From positions 186,001 through 250,000 of the forward strand of contig NIVC01001561.1 in assembly GCA_002269645.1 (NCBI GenBank): a stretch of 64,000 nt of DNA, read 5' to 3'. Both the position numbers and the translations under genes were made by a program. This stretch comes from Macrostomum lignano. Lineage: Eukaryota. This document shows, one piece after another, positions 53,005-64,000 of this stretch. The notes beneath the pieces are model-generated. The model made no database searches. It was not told where the DNA came from and worked only from the letters and a program-made list of their open reading frames with translations. Positions within the stretch are counted from its first letter, which is position 1. Every line of letters begins with the position of its first letter.

Positions 53005-53485
53005 TCCTCCAGGGGGTCCGCTGACCTCCCGATAAAAATCGTGGGTCCGAACTATTCTAGGGGTTCAAGGAGAGGTCAGCTGACCCCCCGATAAATAATC
53101 TTGGGTCCGGACTATTCTAGGGGTTCAAGGAGAGGTCAGCTGACCCCCCGATAAATAATCGTGGGTCCGGACTACTCTAGGGGGTCAAGGAGAGGTCAGC
53201 TGACCCCTCCCGGATAAAAAACGTGGGTCTCACAAAATTGTGAGCTCCACCGGGGGTCAAGGAGGGGTCAGCTGACCTCTCTGCGATGAGAATCGAGGAT
53301 TCGCAGAAACTCGTATTTGTTAGGAAAAAGACCCCCTAGGGATCAAAGGAATCAAAGGGGGCGGGGGTCAGCTGACCCCTTTCCCAGATAGAAATCGTGA
53401 AACCATAGAAAATTTTTGTCTAGACCGGACCCGGCCTTCTGGGAGGTCAAGCGGATCAATGGAGGTCAGCTGACCCTCCGGGATA
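53005..53485. repeat. Cluster of seven GGTCAGCTGACC palindromes (60-bp units decaying to about 100-bp spacing)
   Basis: Perfect copies at 53074, 53134, 53194, 53266, 53366, 53464; one-mismatch copy at 53015. Confidence 0.9.
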
Positions 53486-53851
53486 AAAACACATCGAATC
53501 CCTTTCCAGATGCTAACTGCAGTAGTCCATGGCCGCTAGGTGGACGAGGGCGATTGTGACAAGTGCAATCTTGGGCGCATTTACGACGGGCCCGAGCAGC
53601 AGTCGAGGGGCCGCCGAGGTCGGGGGACAAGGGAGGGAAGGACCGGGAATGAGATAGATGGGATAAATGGAATGGCTTTAGCCTATAGCCTGAAATGCCT
53701 CGCAACTGGCAGAAGTGCACGGGGCAGCCTCCGCGGGACAACATTGCCTGTCAGCAAGGACGAACTTATCCCATCAGCCCAGGCACTCGCTCTCCTCACC
53801 CACCTGGCAGCGAGCGTCATCCACTTGGTTCCTTTCACGTCCTTGTGGGGG

Positions 53852-54567
53852 CTGAAGGCAAGCCAGGAATCGTTTCTCCCATTCTCACAGCTACTTCCCA
53901 CCATGAAGGCAAGCCAGGAATCGTTTCTCCCATTCTCACAGCTACTTCCCACCATGAAGGCAAGCCAGGAAGCGTTTCTCCCATTCTCACAGCTACTTCC
54001 CACCATGAAGGCAAGCCAGGAAGCGTTTCTCCCATTCTCACAGCTACTTCCCACCATGAAGGCAAGCCAGGAAGCGTTTCTCCCATTCTCACAGCTACTT
54101 CCCACCATGAAGGCAAGCCAGGAAGCGTTTCTCCCATTCTCACAGCTACTTCCCACCATGAAGGCAAGCCAGGAAGCGTTTCTCCCATTCTCACAGCTAC
54201 TTCCCACCATGAAGGCAAGCCAGGAAGCGTTTCTCCCATTCTCACAGCTACTTCCCACCATGAAGGCAAGCCAGGAAGCGTTTCTCCCATTCTCACAGCT
54301 ACTTCCCACCATGAAGGCAAGCCAGGAAGCGTTTCTCCCATTCTCACAGCTACTTCCCACCATGAAGGCAAGCCAGGAAGCGTTTCTCCCATTCTCACAG
54401 CTACTTCCCACCATGAAGGCAAGCCAGGAAGCGTTTCTCCCATTCTCACAGCTACTTCCCACCATGAAGGCAAGCCAGGAAGCGTTTCTCCCATTCTCAC
54501 AGCTACTTCCCACCATGAAGGCAAGCCAGGAAGCGTTTCTCCCATTCTCACAGCTACTTCCCACCAT
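53852..54567. repeat. 51-bp homogeneous minisatellite, 14 copies
   Basis: 17-codon periodicity in four frames (for example MKASQEAFLPFSQLLPT). Confidence 0.97.
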
Positions 54568-54829
54568 CGATTTTCCTGTATAACAGTTTACCTGGCAGAC
54601 GGACAGATACTGAGGGAGAAAATTTTCATCCTTTTTATTCATTGTTTCAAAGTAACCCCCCGAAGCGAGACAATGCATCTGGGGGACGAAAGCAAGGGAT
54701 GGAAAATGCATCAATTCATTTTTCTCCCGAAGCCGATTATAAAAGCAGTCCGCCTTCAATAATCATTTTGCCGAGTCGAGTGAAGTACCACTTGAATTGC
54801 ATGTGCCTCACCGTGTGTCTATACATCTT

Positions 54830-55805
54830 ACTTGTGTCTCATTATCTCCCTGTGTGTCTTAGTGTCTCCCTGTGTGTCTCAGTTTCTCCCTGTGTGTTTC
54901 ATTGTCTCCTTGTGTGTCTCATTGTCTTCTTGTGTGTCTCATTGTCTCCTTGTGTGTCTCATTGTCTCCTTGTGTGTCTCAGTGTCTCCCTGTGTGTCTC
55001 AGTTTCTCCCTGTGTGTTTCATTGTCTCTCACTGGGACTAAGTGTCTCCCCGTGTGTTTCATTGTCTCTCACTGGGACTCAGTGTCTCCCCGTGTGTCTC
55101 ATTGTCTCTCACTGGAACTCAGTGTCTCCCTGTGTGTCTCATTGTCTCCTTGTGTGTCTCATTGTCTCCTTGTGTGTCTCATTGTCTCCTTGTGTGTCTC
55201 ATTGTCTCCTTGTGTGTCTCATTGTCTCCCTGTGTGTCTCAGTTTCTCCCTGTGTGTCTCATTGTCTCCTTGTGTGTCTCATTGTCTCCTTGTGTGTCTC
55301 ATTGTCTCCTTGTGTGTCTCATTGTCTTCTTGTGTGTCTCATTGTCTCCTTGTGTGTCTCAGTGTCTCCCTGTGTGTCTCAGTTTCTCCCCGTGTGTTTC
55401 ATTGTCTCTCACTGGGACTCAGTGTCTCCCCGTGTGTCTCATTGTCTCTCACTGGGACTCAGTGTCTCCCTGTGTGTCTCATTGTCTCCTTGTGTGTCTC
55501 ATTGTCTCCTTGTGTGTCTCATTGTCTCCTTGTGTGTCTCATTGTCTCCTTGTGTGTCTCATTGTCTCCCCATGTATCTCAGTGTCTCCTCGTGTGTCTC
55601 ATTGTCTCCTTGTGTGTCTCATTGTCTCCTTGTATGTCTCATTGTCTCCTTGTGTGTCTCATTGTCTCCTTGTGTGTCTCATTGTCTCCTTGTGTGTCTC
55701 ATTGTCTCCCCATGTATCTCAGTGTCTCCTCGTGTGTCTCAGTGTCTCCCTGTGTGTCTCATTGTCTCCTTGTGTGTCTCATTGTCTCCTTGTGTGTCTC
55801 AGAGT
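54830..55805. repeat. 20-bp array TGTGTGTCTCATTGTCTCCT
   Basis: Tandem copies with ACTGGGACTC variants. Confidence 0.95.
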
Positions 55806-56159
55806 CTCAGTCCCTTCAAATGTGTCTCAGATTTCAAGATCTACGTCGTAATCGAAAAGTTTCCTACCATATTCTTACTCGATCTTCGAGTCCAACACAA
55901 CTTCATCAGTGCAATTTTCTGTTTGGTAAAGTGGATTCAACTAAGAGTACAATTGCTGTGCCATAGTGCTAGCAGCGAGCAATAAATCAAATGAGCGAAC
56001 GGCCCAAATCGGTGGGGGGCGGGGTTGGGCAAAGGGAGTCTCGCCAATCTGGATGCCGCTTGCTTGACGTTCCGGACAAAATGTTTCGCTCTAATTCGAA
56101 GGACTTTAAGAGAGTAGATAGGAGAGAGAGAGTGAGAGAGAGGGGGGTAGATAGGAGAG

Positions 56160-56218
<59 letters not shown>
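56160..56218. repeat. (GA)n microsatellite
   Basis: Direct reading. Confidence 0.95.
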
Positions 56219-56221
<3 letters not shown>

Positions 56222-56719
56222 GGCTTGAAGCAGCCGGCTTCAAGAAATTTTCTTCTTCATTTTCGCAGTCTTCTTTCGGAAGAGCCCGGCATATAGCCTG
56301 GGAAACTTTATTAATCAATAATTTATACACGACAGCAGTGCAGCGTTTGGCCGTTGAAATTGGGCGTGGGAAGGAGAGAGAGGGAGAGAGAGGGGGAGAG
56401 AGGGAGAGAGAGGGGGAGAGAGGGAGAGGAGTGTTCTGCGTCTGAGTGCTGTGCCTACAAACTCTGCAGAGTGAGTGAGAGCGAGAGCGAAGAGTTGCAA
56501 TCGCTCGGCTAAAAAATGAATGCAGCTGAACGTCCCTCATCCCGCACAGTTGGCGGACATTGGCCCCGCAGCCCCGGACCAGTTATTATGAGTTTTTTGC
56601 AATGCCTTTTCTTAAATTGCTAAACTATCGCTGATTAAGAAAGTGCATCGAGGACCAAAATAGTCGCTTTCCTTTACCGGCGTTTGCTTCCTTATTGTCC
56701 TGCCTCATCTCTCCATTCA

Positions 56720-56965
56720 TATCCTATCTAGTCTCATCTCTCCCTTCTCATCTAGTTTCATCCCCTTCCTATCTAGTCTCACCCCTTCTTATCTAGTCTC
56801 ACCCCTTCCTTTCTAGTCTCACCCCCTTCTTATCTAGTCTCACCCCTTCTTATCTAGTCTCACCCCTTCCGAATCTAGTCTCACCCCTTCTTATCTAGTC
56901 TCACCCCTTCCTATCTAGTCTCACCCCCTTCTTATCTAGTCTCACCCCTTCCTATCTTATCTCCC
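56720..56965. repeat. About 20-bp array CTAGTCTCACCCCTTCTTAT
   Basis: Tandem copies. Confidence 0.9.
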
Positions 56966-57217
56966 TATCTCCTTTCACATGTAGTCGTAATCTCTTCCTA
57001 TCATGTCTTTTCTACCCTTCCCATCTATTCTCACCCTCACCTCGTCTCTCGTCCCTTCTAATCTATTTCTCTATCTACTTCTCGCAAAAAAAACTTTTTT
57101 GTGCTCTCTGAAAGTACAGCGTAAGCTTTAGAAACAGAATGCTGGTTTTTTAAACCTACGAGCTGAATGCAAACGATTACTCGTAAAAACGCTTGCCCCC
57201 ATCCCGACCATGCACAG

Positions 57218-57766
57218 GAGATCCTCCTCACAGAAATAGTGAGCGTGGCCAGCTGCAGCACCCAGACAGTCAAGGACTATGTTTTTGCTCTGAAAACCGC
57301 ATCGGGCACCACCTACTTCATCGGCGGTGGCGGCAGCGGCGGCTCTTCCATACCGGCGGACCTGATGCAGATGTCGCGCCAGCAGGCTGGCCACTTCGAG
57401 GCGGCGGTCCGGGCCGCCCTACTCCCCGTGTCCGCTGGCCGCGGTAATGGGGGAGGCGGCGGTCAGGAAGGCGTCAAGGCTGCAACGACCTCAGCCGGAG
57501 CAGCAGCGGCTTCGGCTGTCTCGGCGACTTCTTCCAGCTCGTCGTCTGCTGGCGGCAGCGACGCTGTCGGTGGCGGTGGCGGCGGAGGAGGCATCGGTGA
57601 GACGCTCGAGTCACAATTCGACGTCCAACACGAGGAGATTCTGGGCAGCGGGCAGTTTGGCACAGTCTATGCCGGCGTGTGCTACGCTACAGGGCAGGAG
57701 GTGGCAATTAAGGTCATCGACAAGCTGCGATTTCCCACCAAGCAGGAGACTCAGCTAAAGAATGAG
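57218..57766 (+). CDS. PRKD: Protein kinase D exon (end of PH domain, Gly/Ala/Ser linker, kinase N-lobe)
   Basis: EILLTEIV...EEILGSGQFGTVYAG...VAIKVIDKLRFPTKQETQLKNE; donor GTTGGT; phase 0/0. Confidence 0.92.
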
Positions 57767-57829
57767 GTTGGTGCTATTGGAGAGATCGGTGAGGGAGCTA
57801 GTCGGCCGGCGGTACTGTACACTGTACAT

Positions 57830-58452
57830 CTAGGGTTAGAGAGAGCTCGGTGAGGGGCGGGGCTGGTCGGCCGGCACTGTACATCTAGGGTTAGAGAGAG
57901 CTCGGTGAGGAGCGGGGCTGGTCGGCCGACACTGTACATCTAGGGTTAGAGAGAGCTCGGTGAGGAGCGGGGCTGGTCGGCCGACACTGTACATCTAGGG
58001 TTAGAGAGAGCTTTGTGAGATGCGGGGCCTGGTCGGCCGACACTGTACATCTAGGGTTAGAGAGAGCTCGGTGAGGGGCGGGGCTGGTCGGCCGGCACTG
58101 TGCAATCTAGGGTTAGAGAGAGCTCGGTGAGGGGCGGGGCTGGTCGGCCGGCACTGTGCAATCTAGGGTTAGAGAGAGCTCGGTGAGGGGCGGGGGCTGG
58201 TCGGCCGGCACTGTGCAATCTAGGGTTAGAGAGAGCTTTGTGAGATGCGGGGCCTGGTCGGCCGGCACTGTGCAATCTAGGGTTAGAGAGAGCTCGGTGA
58301 GGGGCGGGGGCTGGTCGGCCGGCACTGTACATCTAGGGTTAGAGAGAGCTCGGTGAGGGGCGGGGGCTGGTCGGCCGGCACTGTACATCTAGGGTTAGAG
58401 AGAGCTCGATGAAGGGCGGGGCTGGTCGGCCGGCACTGTACATCTAGGGTTA
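57830..58452. repeat. 55/56-bp array TAGGGTTAGAGAGAGCTCGGTGAGGGGCGGGGCTGGTCGGCCGGCACTGTACATC, about 11 copies
   Basis: TAGGGTT recurs at 57831, 57886, 57941 and onward. Confidence 0.95.
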
Positions 58453-58540
58453 AAGGGACCAATGAGGGGCTGTGTAAAAGACAAAACTAATTAGCATTTT
58501 CTCTTAAATGTATATATAATATCGATCTGAAACTCATTAG

Positions 58541-58916
58541 GTCAGCATCCTTCAGTCACTGAATCACGAAGGCGTTGTTAAACTGCACAAAATGTTTGAA
58601 ACGCAGCGCACTCTCTTCGTTGTGATGGAGAAAATGGCCGGAGACATGCTGGAGATGATCTTGTCTGGCGCGGAGGGTCGCCTATCTGAGCGGGTCACTA
58701 AGTATCTTGTCGCCCAGATCCTGTGCGCTCTGCGCTACCTGCACACCAGGTGCGTAGTTCACTGCGACCTCAAGCCGGAGAACGTGCTGCTGGCTCCGGC
58801 GGCCGGGAACGGCAGTCTACTCTATCCGCAGATCAAACTGTGCGACTTCGGCTTCGCTCGCATCATCGGGGAGAAGAGCTTTCGAAAGAGCATCGTGGGA
58901 ACGCCAGCTTACTTGG
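58541..58916 (+). CDS. PRKD: Protein kinase D exon (catalytic loop and activation loop)
   Basis: [13 protein letters not shown]...[11 protein letters not shown]...[28 protein letters not shown]; both PKD activation-loop serines are present. Confidence 0.96.
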
Positions 58917-58974
58917 GTGAGCGGGGAGGGTTCTTCTCTGATTGCTAGCATTTAACTCAATCTTGTAGATTTCT

Positions 58975-59605
58975 CTTACCCATAATGTACAAATGTACAT
59001 TGTCCCAACACTCAGCACCGATTTCTCTTACCCAGAATGTACATTTTCCCGACGCTCAGCACCGTTTATTCTTTTCTCTTACCCAGAATGTACATTGTCC
59101 CGACGCTCAGCACCATTTTCTCTTGCCCAGAGTGTACATTGTCCCGACGCTCAGCACCGATTTCTCTTTCCCAGAATGTACATTGTCCTGATGCTCAGCA
59201 CCGAGTTCTCTTACCCAGAATGTACATTGCCCCGACGCTTAGCACCGGTTTCTCTTACCCAGAATGTACATTGTCCCGACGCTCAGCACCGGTTTCTCTT
59301 ACCCAGAATGTACATTGTCCCAACGCTCAGCATTGATTTCTCTTGCCCAGAATGTACATTGTCCCGACGCTCAGCACCATTTTCTCTTACCCAGAATGTA
59401 CATTGTCCCGACGCTCAGCACCGATTTCTCTTTCCCAGAATGTACATTGTCCCGACGCTCAGCATTGATTTCTCTTACCCAGAATGTACATTGTCCCAAA
59501 ACTCAGCACCGATTACTCTTTTCTCTTACCAAGAATGTACATTGTCCCCACTCTCAGCACCGATTTCTCTTACCCAGAATGTACATTGTCCCTACTCTAA
59601 GCACC
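58975..59605. repeat. About 44-bp array CCAGAATGTACATTGTCCCGACGCTCAGCACCGATTTCTCTTAC
   Basis: About 13 tandem copies in the PKD intron 58917-59722. Confidence 0.93.
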
Positions 59606-59722
59606 CAGAATGTACATTGCTTGTCACGACGCTCAATTCAATCTTTACCGATTCGTCTTACCCAGGTTGCCGCCACTGTCTGTCTTATTTTCTATTAATA
59701 AAAATATGTATTTCTGTTTCAG

Positions 59723-59798
59723 CCCCCGAAGTGCTTAAGTACAAGGGTTACAATCGCAGCATCGACATGTGGAGCGTTGGAGTGATCACTTACGTTAG
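59723..59798 (+). CDS. PRKD: Protein kinase D exon
   Basis: (A)PEVLKYKGYNRSIDMWSVGVITYV; phase 1/2. Confidence 0.95.
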
Positions 59799-59901
59799 GT
59801 AACCCTGTGAATTTCATAAGAAATATTAAAGCGGGGGAAGGTTCCAATTTGCATATCTACTCTCCTACCCCCCCCCCCTGTCGCACTTGAAATTTCCCCA
59901 G

Positions 59902-60008
59902 CCTCAGCGGCACGTTTCCGTTTAATGAAGATGAGGACATCGCCGATCAGATCAAGAACGCGTCCTTCATGTACCCGCCAGTCCCTTGGGAGACCATCTC
60001 GGCCGAGG
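59902..60008 (+). CDS. PRKD: Protein kinase D exon; gene continues downstream (remaining exons not found in the window)
   Basis: (S)[35 protein letters not shown]; donor G|GTGAGT. Confidence 0.95.
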
Positions 60009-60179
60009 GTGAGTAGCTACGAGTATCTGATAATTAGCTATTGAGAATTACTTGCGGATGCATTTATGAAATTATGATAGTATTGAACATTTCTTTACCG
60101 TGAATATCATTGGGTTGATGGGTGACCAGAATTCTTTGTTGCGATGGGCATGAGGGAGTATTCTTGATCGGAGTGTGGC

Positions 60180-60450
60180 AGAGGGTGGGAGAGGGAGAAG
60201 AGAGGGGAAAGAGAAAGAGGATAGGAGAAATAGAGGTAGAAGAAGGGAAAGAGAAGGAGGAGAGAAGAAGAGGAGAAAGAGAGAAAGGAGAGGGGAAAGA
60301 GAGAGAGGAGAGGGGAAAGAGAGGAAGGAGAGGGGAAAGAGAGGGAGGAGATGGGAAAGAGAGGGAGGAGAGGGGGGAGAGAGGGAGGAGAGGGGAAGAG
60401 AGGGAGGAGAGGGGAAAGAGAGGGAGGAGAGGGGAAAGAGAGAGGGAGAA
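60180..60450. repeat. Purine-rich low-complexity tract
   Basis: GGAGAGGGGAAAGAGA-type repeats. Confidence 0.85.
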
Positions 60451-61189
60451 GGGATGCGGGAGGGGAGTGAGGCGGTGCGGAAAGCCGCATGCCGCAGATC
60501 GTCTTCCAGTGCAGAAACTGCCAGCCCACGCAGCTCAGCATTTGTTTGACTCAGCAAAACTTTGCTTCGCTTTGGCCCGACGGTAATTTGAAGCCAAAAA
60601 TTCTTTCCGAGGCAGAAGTCAAATTTTATTCGACAGAGTTTCTGCCGCCCAGTTTTTTCTCAATTTTCTCGTTCCTAAGGGTATCAGTTTCTTGCTTCCG
60701 ACTCCAGGTGCTTTCTAGCTTTTGCTTTTTATAACGCCACAAGTCTAAATAAATAATTTATGAGCTTGCGGCGCAAAACTAGCCGAGCGAAATTGCTAAG
60801 CTGCAGCAAGTAGCAGCCGGCCCGCCAACCTGCCTGCTCGGCTACCTGTGCGACAAGGAAATCAAAACGAGGCCTTGCAGTATTAAATACCCGTGTGTGT
60901 CAAAGTCGCTTCAATGCACAAAATTTTATCTAAAAAATCCTGAGTAAAAATATGGACTCACAATTCTGCTCCCCATCATTACACTGCATCGCTGCCTAGC
61001 CCAAATCTCTTTGTGTCTACGCTAGCATTGCGCATTCTAGATCAATAATTGACTTTGTTCCCACAGAGCCATCGATTTTGCTTTGAGCTCTGCTCGCTTT
61101 AATACATTCATAGTGAACAATTTTAATAGGCCAGATGATGCATAGGTTCTGCGCCGCTGATCGAGATGGGGAATCCGGTATAGGACAGA

Positions 61190-61274
61190 CAGACAGACAC
61201 ACAGACAGACAGACAGACAGACTTACACTAAGACAGACAGACAGACAGACAGATAGACAGACAGACTTACACTA

Positions 61275-61331
<57 letters not shown>

Positions 61332-61332
61332 C
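61190..61332. repeat. (GACA)n microsatellite with two TTACACTAA interruptions
   Basis: Direct reading. Confidence 0.93.
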
Positions 61333-62359
61333 TCTTACGACTGTCTGTGTGTTTAGCGGGACCTGAGTTATGTTAATGCGTTACGTGGACCACGCAATTC
61401 CGGTTAAAAAATAGAGTCTGTTTTGACAACGCGAAAGGCTAGCTAGGGTTATATTTTTGTTAACTTGACGGAATAGCCAGTTCGGGGAAACTGTGGTGGT
61501 TCACTAACTACGTTTTGGGGACCGGGTTAGGTGGACCGCAAAAAAACATTTGGTTTAGTTAGACCTCTTTCGTTGTAGAAAATTTATTGCTTTAAACTGT
61601 TCTTTTGAACTAATTAAAACAGAAATTCTCAAAAAGAACAGATAAAAGGGTTACGACGTCATTTAATGAAAATATCCCAAGTTCAAACCAATTTATTTAG
61701 CATTACTAATCGGGTTAATCGGGTTAAACAAATGTACGATCGCATTAGTTAGTTGCGTCGCGTGAATACAAGAAGGTGAATGAAAATAAAGCATTTTGAA
61801 AATAAATACAGAATCATATCAAATACTAACTGTAAACTCATTAAAACTAATTTAGGTCAAAATGTATGCTTCAAATACATGTTAACAAACGTAAGATTCC
61901 ATTAGTTAAAAAGGTCATCCGAGTACGAGCCTACAAGAAGTTGAAGGGCATTTTTAATAACGACAAAAGTTACTAAAACTGAAATTAAATTGATTTGACT
62001 ACATCAGTCCTATTATACTGAATGAGTTGGTGAGCAATCATATGATAAGCCAATCATTTTACCGACTTTCATCTTTTCGTTCACGCAGATGATGGCTTAA
62101 TCTTCTTATTTTTTCTACGAAATATTCTCCTGGACCTTTCCTGCCTCCGTGGTCCGGGACCGCTTCTGTTATTGATCTGTCATTGCCTCTCTCACGAATT
62201 TCAGCTTACTCAGCCATCGAATCCACTTTCGTCAGCTCAGCTTCTTTTACAGTTCGTTTTAACCTTCATCTCGGTGAAACGCAGTCAGTCTCGTCGAGCT
62301 CAGGCGAACAAAATCAACCACAGGCTCCTACAAAGGTAGAAAATAAAATTAACTGACAA

Positions 62360-64000
62360 TCAAACAGACACAGAAATCTGTTCCAGTTGTGTCTGTAGGT
62401 TATGTGGACCACCTCAGATCCAGAGCCTCAAACAGACAGAGAAATCTGTTCGAGTTGTGTCTGTAGGTGAGGTGAACCACCTTCTGAGAGCCTAAGCCTC
62501 AAACAGACTTAGAGAGCTGCTTCAGTTGTGTCTATAGGTTATGTGGACCACCTAAGAGCCAGAGCCTCAAACAGACAGAGAAATCTGTTCGAGTTGTGTC
62601 TGTAGGTTAGGTGGACCAGCTACTGAGAGCCAAAGCCTCAAACAGACTGAGAGAGCTGCTTCAGTTGTGTCTGTAGGTTATGTGGACCACCTAAGAGCCA
62701 GAGCCTCAAACAGACAGAGAAATCTGTTCGAGTTGTGTCTGTAGGTTAGGTGGACCACCTAAGAGCCAGAGCCTCAAACAGACAGAGAAATCTGTTCGAG
62801 TTGTGTCTGTAGGTTAGGTGGACCAGCTACTCCAAAGCACTTCTAGGCGATAGTCTGAGCCAGGAATCTCCGAGAGCCTCTCGTTACACATCCAGATGTT
62901 CTACCTTGATGCTGGACTAGCTCACTTTCTAGGAATCTGTTCTGATTGCATTCTAACAAACTGAAGCATTCTCGGCACTAAACTTTCTCGGCGGCTCTGA
63001 GAGCCAGAGCCTCAAACAGACAGAGAAATCTGTTCGAGTTGTGTCTGTAGGTTAGGTGGACCAGCTACTCCACAGCACTTCTAGGCGATAATCTGAGCCA
63101 GGAATCTCCGAGAGCCTCTCGTTACACATCCAGATGTTCTGCCTTGATGCTGGACTAGCTCACTTTCTAGGAATATGTTCTGATTGCATTCTAACAAACT
63201 GAAGCATTCTCGGCACTAAACTTTCTCGGCGGCTCTGAGATCCAGAGCCTCAAACAGACAGAGAAATCTGTTCGAGTTGTGTCTGTAGGTTAGGTGGACC
63301 AGCTACTCCAAAGCACTTCTAGGCGATAATCTGAGCCAGGAATCTCCGAGAGCCTCTCGTTACACATCCAGATGTTCTACCTTGATGCTGGACTAGCTCA
63401 CTTTCTAGGAATCTGTTCTGATTGCATTCTAACAAACTGAAGCATTTTCTGCACTAAACTTTCTCGGCGGCTCTGAGAGCCAGAGCCTCAAACAGACAGA
63501 AATCTTTTCGAGTTGTGTCTGTAGGTTAGGTGGACCAGCTACTCCACAGCACTTCTAGGCGATAATCTGAGCCAGGAGTCTCCGAGAGACTTTCGTTACA
63601 CATCCAGATGTTCTGCCTTGATGCTGGACTAGCTCACTTTCTAGGAATATGTTCTGATTGCATTCTAACAAACTGAAGCATTTTATGCACTAAACTTTCT
63701 CGGCGGCTCTAAGAGCCAGAGCCTAAACAGACAGAGAAATCTGTTCGAGTTGTGTCTGTAGGTTAGGTGGACCACCTTCTGAGAGCCAAAGCCTCAAACA
63801 GACTGAGAGAGCTGCTTCAGTTGTGTCTGTAGGTTATGAGGACCACCTAAGAGCCAGAGCCTCAAACAGACAGAGAAATCTGTTCGAGTTGTGTCTGTAG
63901 GTTAGGTGGACCAGCTACTCCACAGCACTTCTAGGCGATAATCTGAGCCAGGAGTCTCCGAGAGACTTTCGTTACACATCCAGATGTTCTGCCTTGATGC
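62360..64000. repeat. Composite satellite: about 60-bp module plus about 238-bp higher-order unit; runs off the window
   Basis: AGCTACTCC anchors at 62825, 63063, 63301, 63538; short module AGAGCCAGAGCCTCAAACAGACAGAGAAATCTGTTCGAGTTGTGTCTGTAGGTTAGGTGGACC. Confidence 0.93.

Noticed and set aside
53540-55985. ORFs of 240-450 aa
   Set aside because: Generated by the 51-bp and 20-bp intronic arrays.
61060-62340. Phase-1 acceptors giving AIDF... (61069) and AIES... (62214) as the next PKD exon
   Set aside because: The expected continuation AIDLINNLLQVK...HPWL is absent; the true exon probably lies beyond 64000.

Overview
Eukaryotic (metazoan) genomic DNA with GT-AG introns; no prokaryotic features. 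GC-rich exons with poly-Q/S/G/A tracts and introns filled with unrelated minisatellites resemble the flatworm Macrostomum (inference, not verified). Four spliced genes were reconstructed by hand with consistent intron phases: (1) the 3' end of a Groucho/TLE co-repressor (+, exons 896-1532, 1942-2229, 9008-9115); (2) a complete ZFP36/TIS11-type tandem CCCH zinc-finger gene (-, 14881-12653, 4 exons, 449 aa); (3) a complete cyclin C (+, 30213-30740 and 32096-32410, about 280 aa); (4) a protein kinase D (+, 10 exons, 39878-60008, C1a-C1b-PH-kinase) whose last exon(s) were not found in the window. Most long ORFs in the supplied track are artefacts of about 30 tandem arrays. The AT-rich 15-30 kb interval holds a putative 6.5-kb TIR transposon with an ATAT target duplication, strong enrichment of the palindromes TACATGTA and TAGGCCTA, and a near-identical 659-bp duplication. 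All array boundaries and copy numbers are approximate hand estimates.
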